From Halomicronema hongdechloris C2206 (GTDB lineage Bacteria; Cyanobacteriota; Cyanobacteriia; Phormidesmidales; Phormidesmidaceae): 32,000 nucleotides of DNA. Shown piece by piece: positions 17,599 through 27,310 of the stretch; the first letter of the stretch is position 1; each line of letters begins with the position of its first letter. Location: the NCBI RefSeq assembly GCF_002075285.3, contig NZ_CP021983.2:3600001-3632000 (forward strand). The letters run 5' to 3'. The notes beneath the pieces were generated by a model. The model did not search any database. It was given only the letters and a program-made list of their open reading frames with translations, and was not told the DNA's origin. The position numbers were made by a program, and so were the translations under genes.

Positions 17599-18363
17599 TT
17601 ACAGCTTAAAGCTTTCCCCTAGATAGTGTTGTCGAACCAGAGGATTGCGATAGAGATCACGAGCACTGCCGGAGGCGAGAATGCGACCATCGTTCATAAT
17701 GTAGGCCCGGTCGATGATCTGCAGGGTTTCACGCACATTGTGGTCGGTCACTAAGATGCCGATGTTGCGATCGCGCAGTTGCCCCACCAGTGTCTGAATA
17801 TCGGCCACGGCAATGGGATCCACCCCAGCAAAGGGTTCATCGAGCAAGAGAAACCGCGGTCCATCCACCCCCGCTGCCAGAGCCCTAGCCAACTCGGTCC
17901 GGCGTCGTTCCCCACCAGACACCTGAATGCCCAGGGTGTGGGCGACCGTTTCCAAGCGAAACTCCTTCAGTAAGGACTGTAATCGCGGCAGATGCTCGTC
18001 AATAGGCACCTTGGTCTGCTGCATCACCAGCAGTAAATTATCCTGAATACTGAGATGGCGGAAAATACTGGCTTCCTGAGCCAAATAGCCGATCCCTAAG
18101 CGGGCCCGCTGATGCATGGATAAATCGCTGATATCGATATCGTCCAGGCAGATGCGGCCACTATCCGGCTGTTCCAGCCCCGTTGCCATATAAAATGTCG
18201 TGGTCTTACCGGCACCATTTGGCCCCAGTAAGCCAACGATCTCTCCTTGGGCTACCGATAGGCTCACCCGATTGACAACCGTCCGCTTACCGTAAGTCTT
18301 TTTGACGTCGTGGAGAACAATCTTCAAGGAGATCTTCGAGGTAAGAAAAAGCCTGCAGGCCAT
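17599..18363 (-). CDS. lptB: LPS export ABC transporter ATP-binding protein LptB
   Basis: Walker A GPNGAGKTT, signature VSGGERRR, Walker B LLLDEPFAGVD, C-terminal YLGESF. The true start may be the TTG at 18327 rather than ATG 18363. Confidence 0.9.
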   Translation of the reverse strand: MACRLFLTSKISLKIVLHDVKKTYGKRTVVNRVSLSVAQGEIVGLLGPNGAGKTTTFYMATGLEQPDSGRICLDDIDISDLSMHQRARLGIGYLAQEASIFRHLSIQDNLLLVMQQTKVPIDEHLPRLQSLLKEFRLETVAHTLGIQVSGGERRRTELARALAAGVDGPRFLLLDEPFAGVDPIAVADIQTLVGQLRDRNIGILVTDHNVRETLQIIDRAYIMNDGRILASGSARDLYRNPLVRQHYLGESFKL

Positions 18364-18391
18364 TCTAGCAGAGGGGTGTCTATTGCCCCTA

Positions 18392-18913
18392 TTAAGGAGC
18401 CGACGGGTTTAGCTCGGCCTCATCTCCGGCATCAATGGGGCTTAAATTTAATGAGGGCGGTGGTGGGGCAGCGGTATTGGCGCGGCTGTCTTGAGTGCCC
18501 CCCTCTGCTTGAGAGGGATTGTCTTGCAGAATATAGACCGATTCGACTTGCTCCTGGGGCTGAGGCAGGGCCACAAATCGCCCTTCATCGATCAGATACG
18601 TCACCGTTTCTGCCCGTAGCCGATTGCCTTCCTGCAACACGACCACATCCCCACTCAAGACAATGCGCCGCTCTTCACTGAAATAACGGGCTTGGGCAGA
18701 GGTGGCATAAATCTGACGGGCAGGATAGTCAATTTGCACATTCCCCCGAGCCGTAATCACGCCAGTGATAGCATTGGCCTCTTGCACATCGGAGCGAAGG
18801 GTAATGGCATTGCCACCTGATTGAGCCCGGGCCATCGGCATCGCCGAACTCAACAGGGGCAATGTCAGCATCGCCATGAATAGATATTGGCACCAACGGG
18901 ATATGGTCACCAT
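18392..18913 (-). CDS. LptA/OstA-like periplasmic protein
   Basis: Signal peptide followed by an OstA_N-like pattern (ITLRSDVQEANAITGVITARGNVQIDYPARQIYATSAQARY...LSGDVVVLQEGNRLRAETVTYLI). It is the first gene of the lpt operon. Confidence 0.7.
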   Translation of the reverse strand: MVTISRWCQYLFMAMLTLPLLSSAMPMARAQSGGNAITLRSDVQEANAITGVITARGNVQIDYPARQIYATSAQARYFSEERRIVLSGDVVVLQEGNRLRAETVTYLIDEGRFVALPQPQEQVESVYILQDNPSQAEGGTQDSRANTAAPPPPSLNLSPIDAGDEAELNPSAP

Positions 18914-19012
18914 AGGGATCTACTTGGGAGAAAGCAGCAGAGTTCTATGGTCGCACAGACTTATGCCCACTGACGATAGCCTTCTGTGAAGGTTTCACCT
19001 GCTTCTGGCAAA

Positions 19013-19399
19013 TTAAGGGACTTGACGGATGTGTAGGGCCGGTAAGGGAGCCTCTAAGCCAGCCAGTGAGATATCGTCCTGCGATTGACTGGCTGTAGCC
19101 AGTACAGCAACATTGGCCTGGCCCAACTGCTGTAAGGCCATTAACCAGGATTCAGTCCGGTGCAGCAAATCATCCACATCGATGCCGCCATAGCTCGGAC
19201 AATAGGAGCGGAGTCGATGGCGACCTTCCCCCAGCAGGGTGGCGGCTCCCTGCCAGTTCCGATTCCCCAAGTGATACAGCCCTACGGCTAGCTGCAAAAT
19301 ACCCTGATAGAATTGCCGCTCAGCTGGCTCAGCCACCATCCATAGCGCCTCAAGGGTATCGTGGCAGGCATAATAATCCCCTTGATTGAATTGACTCAC
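19013..19399 (-). CDS. DUF309 domain-containing protein
   Basis: GDYYACHDTLEALW...FYQGILQLAVGLYHLGNRNWQGA matches the DUF309 core as I recall it. 128 aa. Confidence 0.78.
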   Translation of the reverse strand: MSQFNQGDYYACHDTLEALWMVAEPAERQFYQGILQLAVGLYHLGNRNWQGAATLLGEGRHRLRSYCPSYGGIDVDDLLHRTESWLMALQQLGQANVAVLATASQSQDDISLAGLEAPLPALHIRQVP

Positions 19400-19541
19400 G
19401 CCCTGCCAAAAGGAATCCGGCAGCGAAATTGGTCGGTCTCTGGGTGGGATCTATCCATTTAGTCAACTGTCCAGCGGATTGCATCCATCCTAAAACAGAG
19501 GTGGTATCCTCCACTGAGAGGTGTGAGGAGAGGTTATTGCC

Positions 19542-21041
19542 ATGGTTCGTCTATCTGCTCAATCGGCAAAGTCCCCTGCCGTAGCATCCGGTGCTGAGAC
19601 ATCGGGGGAGCCATCGACAGGGCTAGCCGACAGTTATCCCAATCCCTTTGTCCGGCCTTTGATCGGGCTGCCCCAATCCCCCCTATTCGGCACAGACGGC
19701 ATTCGGGGGCAGGTGGGGGAGTTACTGACGGCACCATTAGCGCTACACATTGGTTATTGGGCCGGACAGATCCTCTGTCGACGTCAGGCTGCTGCTGGTC
19801 CGGTGCTGGTGGGGCAAGATTCCCGGCACTCCAGCCATATGCTGGCGTCTGCCCTCGCGGCTGGCCTGACCGCAGCCGGTATGGAAGTCTGGCACCTGGG
19901 ACTCTGTCCTACGGCTACCATTGCCTATCTCACTGGTGCCGTGCAGGCGGCTGGTGGCATCATGATCTCTGCCAGCCATAATCCTCCGGAAGACAACGGC
20001 ATCAAGTTTTTTGGCCCCGACGGTACTAAATTGGCGGCAACAGTACAAGCCGAGATTGAACAGGCCCTGAGATCTGGTCAGATGTCGGCTGGTCATGTGC
20101 AGGCGGCCCCACTTCGGTGGGGGCAATGCTATTACCGCCCAGAGTTGATCGAGCAGTATGTTGACTTCCTGCGGGAGCCGCTGCGTTCTACCGTTGATCT
20201 GCAGGGGCTTCGCATTGTCCTCGATATGGCCTGGGGGGCAGCTAGCGGTTTGGCAGAACAGGTGTTTCAAAGCACCGGGGCCGAGGTGATTGGCCTGCAT
20301 GGCTTACCCGATGGCGATCGCATCAACGTGCAGTGTGGCTCGACCCATTTGGCGCCTCTGCAAGCCGCTGTGCGAGCCCATGGGGCTGATTTGGGGTTTG
20401 CCTTCGACGGCGATGCCGATCGGGTTTTGGCCGTAGATGCCGAGGGGAGAGTCGTCGATGGCGATTACATCCTCTACTTCTGGGGACAACATCTGCAGTG
20501 CCTGGGACAGCTGCCGGCAAACACCATCGTATCGACGGTGATGGCTAACCTCGGGTTTGAGCGAGCCTGGGCGGAGTTAGGGGGGACCTTGATTCGCACC
20601 CAGGTAGGCGACCAACATGTCCATGCGGAAATGGTCAATCGGGGAGCTAAGTTGGGCGGGGAACAGTCGGGGCATATTCTCTGCCATCACTACAGTATGA
20701 CCGGGGATGGCATTCTCACTGCCCTGCACCTAGCGGCTTTAGTACAGGCTTTAGATGGCTGCCTGGCGGCCCTAGTCGATGCCAGCTTTCACCCCTATCC
20801 CCAGCGTTTAAGGAATGTGCGGGTCACAGATCGGCAACACCGGCTGCATTGGCATGACTGTGATCCTGTCCAGCAAAGCATCGCTGCGGCCACGGCCGCC
20901 ATGGGCGACTATGGCCGGGTGCTGGTGCGGCCATCGGGTACTGAGCCGGTGATTCGAGTCATGGTGGAGGCCATTGATGAGGATTGGGTGAGCTACTGGA
21001 GTGACCACATCGCTGAGGTTGTGCATGGCCATTTGGCCTAG
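19542..21041 (+). CDS. glmM: phosphoglucosamine mutase GlmM
   Basis: LFGTDGIRG, active-site [15 protein letters not shown], metal loop [14 protein letters not shown], sugar loop GGEQSGHIL, phosphate loop [16 protein letters not shown]. It has a ~45-aa N-terminal extension with no alternative ATG. Confidence 0.92.
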   Translation: MVRLSAQSAKSPAVASGAETSGEPSTGLADSYPNPFVRPLIGLPQSPLFGTDGIRGQVGELLTAPLALHIGYWAGQILCRRQAAAGPVLVGQDSRHSSHMLASALAAGLTAAGMEVWHLGLCPTATIAYLTGAVQAAGGIMISASHNPPEDNGIKFFGPDGTKLAATVQAEIEQALRSGQMSAGHVQAAPLRWGQCYYRPELIEQYVDFLREPLRSTVDLQGLRIVLDMAWGAASGLAEQVFQSTGAEVIGLHGLPDGDRINVQCGSTHLAPLQAAVRAHGADLGFAFDGDADRVLAVDAEGRVVDGDYILYFWGQHLQCLGQLPANTIVSTVMANLGFERAWAELGGTLIRTQVGDQHVHAEMVNRGAKLGGEQSGHILCHHYSMTGDGILTALHLAALVQALDGCLAALVDASFHPYPQRLRNVRVTDRQHRLHWHDCDPVQQSIAAATAAMGDYGRVLVRPSGTEPVIRVMVEAIDEDWVSYWSDHIAEVVHGHLA

Positions 21042-21331
21042 GGATGATGGGGGCTTAACAGCCAGTCGCCAGTCGCCGGTTCCTGCTTTAGCCCCTAGTT
21101 GCCGGGGGTTAGACCAGTGAGTGCCGACGAGATAGTCCCCAGCGATTCATGAAACCTTTACATGGAGTTCCAAAATAACACTCGACTTTGGCTCATTTCG
21201 TCAGGGTTTTTAGCTAGGCTACTGTATAACTCAAGTAGGAAGTCAGGAGACGGTAGGGACTACCGTGCGATCGCATCTGCCGTGTGGTCAAGATCAAGGC
21301 CCATTTTCGATAAGACGGTAGTATTGTCATC

Positions 21332-21883
21332 ATGGGATATCGAAACAGTGGATATCGAAGCAGTGAGGTCAACTGGAGCTACTGGAAGACCCTAGCCTGG
21401 GGGGGAGTTGCTACGACCTGGACCATGCTGGGACTGTCGGCCATGGGCTTTACCAATCGCCCAGCGGGCACCCCAGCCCCGGCAAGGGCCAACGATAGCG
21501 ACCCCGATCTGACTGCCGACCTCTCATCAGAGAGCGTTGACTCAGCTGACTCACTGGGTGCCAGCCGTCCAGTATCATCGCCCCAAGCCGTTTCATCCCT
21601 ACCATCGGTGTCGATGCCAGCCGTTGACTACAGTCGGCCATCGACGCCATCGTCATCGCCATCTCCCTCTAATTCTCCATCCTCCAGGCAACCTCAGGCA
21701 TCCCAGCCAGCGGCCGCTCCCTCCCTTCCGGCTCCCTCCTCCCAGACCATCGTGGTCAATCCCGTCGCATCCAATCCAGTTGACCCTGAACTCACCTCAC
21801 CCCTGCCCGGACCGCCCAGGTCCTCGGGGGCGGCAGCAACACCAACGTCGGGCACCACCCAGAGCCGAACAGCGACAGGGTGA
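21332..21883 (+). CDS. membrane-anchored Ser/Pro-rich low-complexity protein (possibly 3-prime truncated or frameshifted)
   Basis: TM helix WKTLAWGGVATTWTMLGLSAMGF, then an extended S/P/A-rich tract. Similar S/T/P-rich coding continues in another frame after the TGA at 21881-21883. Confidence 0.4.
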   Translation: MGYRNSGYRSSEVNWSYWKTLAWGGVATTWTMLGLSAMGFTNRPAGTPAPARANDSDPDLTADLSSESVDSADSLGASRPVSSPQAVSSLPSVSMPAVDYSRPSTPSSSPSPSNSPSSRQPQASQPAAAPSLPAPSSQTIVVNPVASNPVDPELTSPLPGPPRSSGAAATPTSGTTQSRTATG

Positions 21884-22451
21884 AATGGCTCAATGGGTTG
21901 CTGCCCGACTCTCTGGCCAGTCTAATGAAGCATCGACAGCCCCAACCATGGGGCATTCCCTACCAGCCGACACGCCATCAGGGACATCTACACAGTCCCC
22001 GACTCCAGGAGGAACTGCTCCAGCGCCCTTAGGAGGAGCCTCCCCCCTGAAGACCCGAGGACTGGCAAGGACTATCCTTAGACGGTGCCTCTGACGGCAG
22101 CAGTGATGGAGCTGCAGCCAGTGTTAGTCATGGGTTTACACCGGATAGCCCTGGGGATGCCACCAGTGGATGTGCCGGTCAAGGCACCGCCAGAAAACGG
22201 GCCCAGCCATACGATTCATGGCTCAAAAGTTTGACCATAGCCCGATAGAGCTCTCCATCGAGTCTGGGCCCATCACCTTTAGTAATCAGTCCCCGGTTAA
22301 GGAGTCCTGCAACGGCGGCTCCTGACGATTTGATTTGCCTCTAGCCAGTTCTAGGACAGTCGAGGCCATGGCAACCACTACAGAGTATCCGGCCTCGCCC
22401 CCTTGGCTTCATAGGATCCATGGCCCAGCTCAATACCTGAGAACTGTGGCC

Positions 22452-22894
22452 TTAGGCGTCGTCATCAGATTGCAGCTTGGGATTGGCTGGCACAGGTGGT
22501 GGCACCGAAGCCGATGACGCCGCCGAGGCAGATGGGTCAGGCTTAGCCGCTTGGGGAATACCTGCCAAAGCCTCAATTAATTCAGGGGGAAGCGGATCTG
22601 AGGGATCATCCTGGACCTTGACGGTGTCCGCGGGCGCCGCCGCCGCCGAACGCCACGCCAGCAGCAGCCGGGGACCGGTGAACTATCCTCCCCTAGCATT
22701 GCAGCATCAGGCCAGTCAACCGATTTCGATCCCTCGTCACCCTTGGACAGATGAGACCCTTGGTCCGCTAAGTCTGGGGGCCCATCGTCATCTCCGGAGG
22801 AAGCCGCGGGCGACGTCAAGTCGTGGCCTTCCTCCGGTCGGTCAGCTGCCTCATCCTGTAACTCCTGAGGAACATTGGCCTCGGCAGAGGGCAT
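22452..22894 (-). pseudogene. acidic, disordered hypothetical protein, apparently frameshifted
   Basis: ORF 22577..22894 starts as an acidic sequence (PQELQDEAADRPEEGHDL...) but turns into an implausible Arg-rich tail. A second frame carries AAAAPADTVKVQDDPSDPLPPELIEALAGIPQAAKPDPSA...SDDDA* to a TAA at 22452-22454. Adding one G to the run at 22670-22673 joins the two. Confidence 0.4.
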
Positions 22895-22943
22895 GGACGG
22901 ACCAGGGACAGCCCTGTCTGCATCGTCACCGCTAGGACCATCC

Positions 22944-24155
22944 TCAGAAAAGCGCTGTTTTCAAGGCGGTCAAGGCGGCGGCTCCAGCACCTACCCCTAG
23001 GGCGGCCCGCTGGCCCACGCTACCTGGATCTAGGGCCTGCAGTAAATTGACGTGTTCGACACCGTTGGCGGCGGCCTGGTCTAAGAGGGGTTGTGCCTCT
23101 TGGCTGCGGCCTAGTTGCTGCAGCGCTTGTCCTTTACCGGCTAACGCCATCGGTAAGTCGGGGTCGCGCTCTAGGGCCGCTTCGAAACAGTCTAGGGCTG
23201 CCTCGGGGTGCTGCTGCTCTAGTAACAACTGGCCCTTGCCCACCCAGGCGTCTATGCTGTCGGGATTGAGATCCAGAGCTCGATCAAAGTTGTCTACGGC
23301 GTCGTCAGAGCGTCCCAGTAGCCCTAGCACCCCCCCTCGACGGGCTAATCCTTGTGCCAGTAGAGCCACTACCCCGGCGGTACCGACGCCAGCGGCGAGG
23401 GCCTTAATCCGTTCTAAATCCGCTACTTCAATGGCGCGCTGCACATGATTTAAGGCCTCGTCGAATTGCCCCTCTTTAGCCATGGCCAGAGCATATTCCA
23501 TGTCCCGTTCGGCATCTCCTAGGCGGCTGCCAAAGGAGATGTCGGCATCATTGCCATAGACTGCAGGGTGGGAGCTAGCCTGGTCAGCTTGTCCCTCAGT
23601 CGCTGGTACTGGCGACGCCGTTGCCTCTGTCGGTTCTGCCGGAGCAGGTTTCTGGGCGGTAGAGCGGCGTCGGGTCAACCAGCCCAGCAGGAACAGGACC
23701 AGTACGATGGCGGCTGCGATGGCTCCCAGAGCCCAGGGAGGTAGGGTTTGTAGAAAGGCGGGGAGGGGGACGGCCGGCGACGGGGGATCTGGGGGAGTGA
23801 CTGTCGAGAAAGACTGGGCTAGGAGTCTGGGGGGCTGGCTGATGGGGTTGCCCTGGGCATCACGCGCTTGAGTCGTACCGTTGGCCAGAAGACTGAGTAA
23901 CCGCTGTCCATCGGGGCTGAACTCGAGGGCATGGATGGGCACAGGTAGATCGCCCTGACCTGGGGCTGCGGCGCTGCCATCCCACTTCCACAGCTGTAGG
24001 GTGCGATCCTGGCGCGCCACTGGACTAGGGTATTGCCGTCCAGGATCATGGCCAGGGCTGTTACCTCGCGCCTTCGTGGGCCGAAATCGGGCTCGCCCTC
24101 GGCACCGCCATCGGGAGTCCAACGCTGTTAGGTTCACCATTGGTTCGCTTGCCAC
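22944..24155 (-). CDS. C-terminal portion of the fragmented mosaic gene: last WD40 blades, TM helix, TPR repeats
   Basis: 403-aa ORF. WD40 signatures DRTLQLWKWDGS and IHALEFSPDGQRLLS. TM helix PPWALGAIAAAIVLVLFLLGWLTRRR. TPR-like repeats follow (GQFDEALNHVQRAIE..., DDAVDNFDRALDLNPDSIDAWVGKG, EAALDCFEAALERDPDLPMALAGKG). The first ~40 codons look out of frame. Confidence 0.7.
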   Translation of the reverse strand: MASEPMVNLTALDSRWRCRGRARFRPTKARGNSPGHDPGRQYPSPVARQDRTLQLWKWDGSAAAPGQGDLPVPIHALEFSPDGQRLLSLLANGTTQARDAQGNPISQPPRLLAQSFSTVTPPDPPSPAVPLPAFLQTLPPWALGAIAAAIVLVLFLLGWLTRRRSTAQKPAPAEPTEATASPVPATEGQADQASSHPAVYGNDADISFGSRLGDAERDMEYALAMAKEGQFDEALNHVQRAIEVADLERIKALAAGVGTAGVVALLAQGLARRGGVLGLLGRSDDAVDNFDRALDLNPDSIDAWVGKGQLLLEQQHPEAALDCFEAALERDPDLPMALAGKGQALQQLGRSQEAQPLLDQAAANGVEHVNLLQALDPGSVGQRAALGVGAGAAALTALKTALF

Positions 24156-24527
24156 TAACGTAGCGCGGCCTGCACCATCGCGCCACTGGGCCTATCAGGG
24201 CCGTAATGGCGCTGGTTACCGGGGATGGGGTCTCCGAGCGGAGTGCCATCACCATTCCAAAATCGCACGGTCTCGGCATCACCCGCTGATCCAACTCGAG
24301 CCATCCGGGCTACTGCTAACGCCCGCACCGCTCCCTCCGTGGGCCGTGATCGGATCTCCTTGGGCATTGCCCTCTAGATCCCAACGGCGGAGACTACCAT
24401 CGCGGCTACCACTAATGACAGTGGGACCGGCCGGACTCATGGCCAAGGCAGTGACTGGCCCGGGCAGCAGCAGTAATGGGAGACCCCAGGGGGGCCCCTT
24501 GACGATTCCAGCGCCGCAGGCGACCAT
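24000..24527 (-). pseudogene. WD40 repeat region broken across all three minus-strand frames
   Basis: Consecutive WD40 pieces lie in different frames. They are PGPVTALAMSPAGPTVISGSRDGSLRRWDLEGNAQGDPITAHGG (ORF 24279..24527), GAVRALAV...GSAGDAETVRFWNGDGTPLGDPIPG (24155..24367), SAITALIGP...ISAHEGA (24061..24294), VTALAMILDGNTLV (23819..24049), then DRTLQLWKWDGS (22944..24155). Confidence 0.7.
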
Positions 24528-25607
24528 CGGCGCCGCTGGAGATCAGGACCTGGCCATCGGGACTAAAGACCAAGCCGGTGACTGGTCCCTCATGGGCATC
24601 GATCGTCCTATCGGTGGGAATGCCGGAGGCATCCAGCCAGATTAGCTGTCCCGTTTCGGTGCCCTGCACGTGTAGTTGCCCATCGGGGCTAATGGCCAGA
24701 TCCCCCGGCAACACAGCGGCAGCGGCAACGATCGCCGCTTCAATTTGCTCGGCCTCAGCGATGGCGGTTTGGCCGTCAGCATCGGTGGCAATACCTAAAA
24801 AGGCCTGGGCAGCCGGGCTGGGCTCCTCTAAATAGACATAGTTGCGGGGCTGGGAATAGGGATAGCGTTCATCGTCGGGGAGGGTGCCATGCATGGGTAC
24901 CACTCGCACCGTGGCTTGGTTTAAGACCTGCGAAGCTAGGGCGTAGCCGATGCCGTCACTGCCCAGCTCTCGAACCACAGCGGCAGTACTGTCGGTGGCC
25001 ACGGTTGCGGCGGTGGCACCGGTCTCGAAGGGCTTCTCCTTGAAGATGTCGTAATCTCCTAAGGCCTGGCGAATATCACTGGTGACGGGGCGATCGATGA
25101 AACGCAGGGGACGGTCTTTGCCGCCGAGCTGAGACCAATTGCGGATCTCGCCACGAAAGATTTGAGCGAACTGACGGAAGGTGAGGCTGCCCTGGAAGGG
25201 ATTGTCAGGGCCGACGATGATGGCAATCTTCTCCCGACTGATGGTGGCTGCTGCTAATCCGACGTCCTTCTCAGCGTTGGTCAGGGGACGCCCCAGGGCG
25301 ACTAGATCGAGGTCTCCGGCCTGGAGGGCTTGAAAGGCTGTGTCGCTGCCTTGGTGGCCCAGGGCCACGGTGGCGCGTTGGAAGCGTTGCTGGAATTGCT
25401 GGGCCAGTTCCTGGTTAAGGGCCACCATACTGGGGGAGCCATCGATGCGCAGGGTGGTGTCCTGAGGTAGGGGGTCTCTGGCACGGTGAAGCTGGGCGGC
25501 AAGTCAGGTGGCGGCGTTTGGGCCCACCAGCGCCGTTCCATGCCAACGCCAAGGGGGACGACTAGGGTCAGGGCCAGAGTTAGGGCTAAGGTTCGTTGCT
25601 TGCTCAT
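24412..25607 (-). pseudogene. N-terminal portion of the fragmented mosaic gene: signal peptide, PstS-like periplasmic binding domain, first WD40 blade
   Basis: ATG 25607 gives the signal peptide MSKQRTLALTLALTLVVPLGVG. The frame changes at the G-run 25470-25474. Then LPQDTTLRIDGSPSMVALNQELAQQF...LVALGRPLT...RFIDRPVTSDIRQ...VRVVPMHG is a phosphate-binding-protein-like (PBP_like_2) fold, followed by IDAHEGPVTGLVFSPDGQVLISSGADGRLRRWN (WD40). Confidence 0.72.
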
Positions 25608-25697
25608 AGGACACCCACAATCTTGGGTAACAGAATAGCTGGTGTTATCCTGAACGGATACCGGTTGGATGAGGATTCGTGATTCTTACGTGATTCT

Positions 25698-25984
25698 TTA
25701 AGATCTCGAACGCCGGAAAAATCGTTGTCGTAGACGCTGGGCTAGCTGGGTGGCTTCGGGAATGCCTAGGGCCATGATGCCTAGAATACTCAGGCCGAGG
25801 CCGAGGCCGCTTGCGATCGCAAGTTGCAGCAACTGCCGCCAGATACCGGCACTCCCCAACCAGGCATCCAGGCCCAGACGGACTCCCCAGGCGGCCGCCC
25901 CGCCCCAATACTAACTAGAGTCAGGCCCAGAATCGGTCGCCCCCAGGCCAAAACGCAAGCCCCCAGCCGCCGATTCAAGATTAA
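25698..25984 (-). pseudogene. murJ: detached 3-prime end of murJ (last two TM helices)
   Basis: Reading straight through the TAG at 25985-25987 gives LILNRRLGACVLAWGRPILGLTLVSIGAG. After a frame change near the C-run 25854-25857 it gives GSAGIWRQLLQLAIASGLGLGLSILGIMALGIPEATQLAQRLRQRFFRRSRS* (TAA 25698-25700). The total of about 537 codons is a normal MurJ length. Confidence 0.65.
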
Positions 25985-27310
25985 CTACCATTGCGCAGCA
26001 CCGAGATGAATGTTCACTCCCACCGTCGCCAAGACCAAGCCTGGGGCGCCGAACCAGCGTGTCAACCAGAAATCTAGCGCCGCATTCAGGCCGATATTCA
26101 CCAGGCTGATGCGAAAGGGAGTCTGGCCATCATCCCCCAGGGCGTAAAAGACCCGCACCAACACATCGCGGCTGAGGTAGACGAACATGCCGATGCCATA
26201 GGCCATCAGCAGCGACGTCACTAGCTGCGAAGCCTCTAGATCGAAGGCGCCGCGCTCGTAGACAAGCCGCACCAAGGGTAGGGCCAGAGCCACCATCAGG
26301 GCTCCCAAGGGCAGCATAGTCAGGGCGGTAAACAGTAGACTCTGGCGGATACGCCCCCGCAACTCCGGCCAGTGTTCCGGGGCGGCTAGGCGAGCGAAGA
26401 TAGGCAAAAACGGCACCGAATCACGTTGGAGGATGATGCCCAACGGGGTTGCACAGCAGGGTGGCGTAGTTGAGGCGGCGGCGGTGCCGGGCAGGTAGGA
26501 GGCGAAAAACAGATCGGTAAACACATTGATCTGCATCATGCCAGAGGAGAAGGTGGCCGGGGCCAAGATCCGAAATACCTGTCGCACCCCGGGATCGCCC
26601 CAATCAAACCGCAGCCGTAGTCGCCCCAACCGCGAGCGCCAGAGCCGGGATTGTACTAACCACTGCAGCCCGGCTCCGGCCAGGGTACTGCCGGCCAATA
26701 CCACCCCCCCCAAGACAAAATACTGAGGGTCAGTAATATCGGCTCCGATGGCCCCATAGAGTAGGGCCAGCCCCACTAACACCGCCGCACTGGAAAACAT
26801 GGGACTGACCGAGGGCAGCCAGTATTGGTCATCGGCGTTGAGGGTGCCGAAGCCAATGCCGATAAAGCCTGCCAACAGGGCCAGGGGGGCCATGATCTGC
26901 AGTTGCAAAATGGCAATCTGGCGGGCCAGGGGGGTATATTCCCCTAAGCCCCGGGCCACGAAGTCGATGACGGGGGCGGCGAAGACGATCAGCAGCAGGG
27001 ACACCCCCAGCAGCATCACCCCCACCAGGGTGCTGATGGATTCCACCAAGGGGCCGATGTCTTCCCGTTTGCGCTTGGCGACGACGCTGACAATGGCACT
27101 ATGGAAAGGACCGTTGATGCCCCCCAGCAGCACCAGCAAGAAGCCGGGAATCACGTAGGCAAAGCTGTAGGCGTCGGCCACCGGTCCCACCGCAAAGGCA
27201 GCACCGATGGCCTGCTGGCGAAACAGGCCGAAGAGTTTACTGAGCAGGGTGGCGGCGGCCACGATGCCGGCGATGCTGGCCAGGGAGCGGGTGGGTTTGG
27301 CGTCGGACAC
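25985..27310 (-). CDS. murJ: lipid II flippase MurJ (MviN), ending prematurely at an in-frame TAG
   Basis: Typical MurJ N-terminus RSLASIAGIVAAATLLSKLFGLFRQQAIGAAFAVGPVADAY and a polytopic membrane profile. The likely start is GTG 27310. The ORF extends to ATG 27397, but that would overlap the divergent kinase gene by 60 nt. Confidence 0.85.
   Translation of the reverse strand: MSDAKPTRSLASIAGIVAAATLLSKLFGLFRQQAIGAAFAVGPVADAYSFAYVIPGFLLVLLGGINGPFHSAIVSVVAKRKREDIGPLVESISTLVGVMLLGVSLLLIVFAAPVIDFVARGLGEYTPLARQIAILQLQIMAPLALLAGFIGIGFGTLNADDQYWLPSVSPMFSSAAVLVGLALLYGAIGADITDPQYFVLGGVVLAGSTLAGAGLQWLVQSRLWRSRLGRLRLRFDWGDPGVRQVFRILAPATFSSGMMQINVFTDLFFASYLPGTAAASTTPPCCATPLGIILQRDSVPFLPIFARLAAPEHWPELRGRIRQSLLFTALTMLPLGALMVALALPLVRLVYERGAFDLEASQLVTSLLMAYGIGMFVYLSRDVLVRVFYALGDDGQTPFRISLVNIGLNAALDFWLTRWFGAPGLVLATVGVNIHLGAAQW

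Noticed and set aside
22335-22935. Plus-strand ORFs 22335..22517 and 22477..22935.
   Set aside because: Their composition (Arg/Pro/His/Trp-rich) looks like the antisense of the acidic minus-strand protein. No motifs are present. They remain a formal alternative only.
24001-24645. A 214-aa plus-strand ORF across the WD40 fragment region.
   Set aside because: It is Arg/Pro/Gly-rich antisense sequence. The minus strand carries recognisable WD40 signatures in every segment.
513-25987. The five in-frame TAG codons (513, 546, 594, 2827 and 25985) could mean amber suppression or stop-codon reassignment.
   Set aside because: Many intact genes in the same window terminate at TAG at family-typical C-termini, including the GNAT at 266, the DoxX-like gene at 1720, PEP-CTERM, phoX, DUF3179, glgX and glmM. 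In a GC-rich genome TAG is also the nonsense codon most easily reached from common codons (CAG, TGG, TAC, GAG, AAG). The same loci carry frameshifts and deletions, so ordinary pseudogenisation explains the pattern. No tRNA gene is present in the window.
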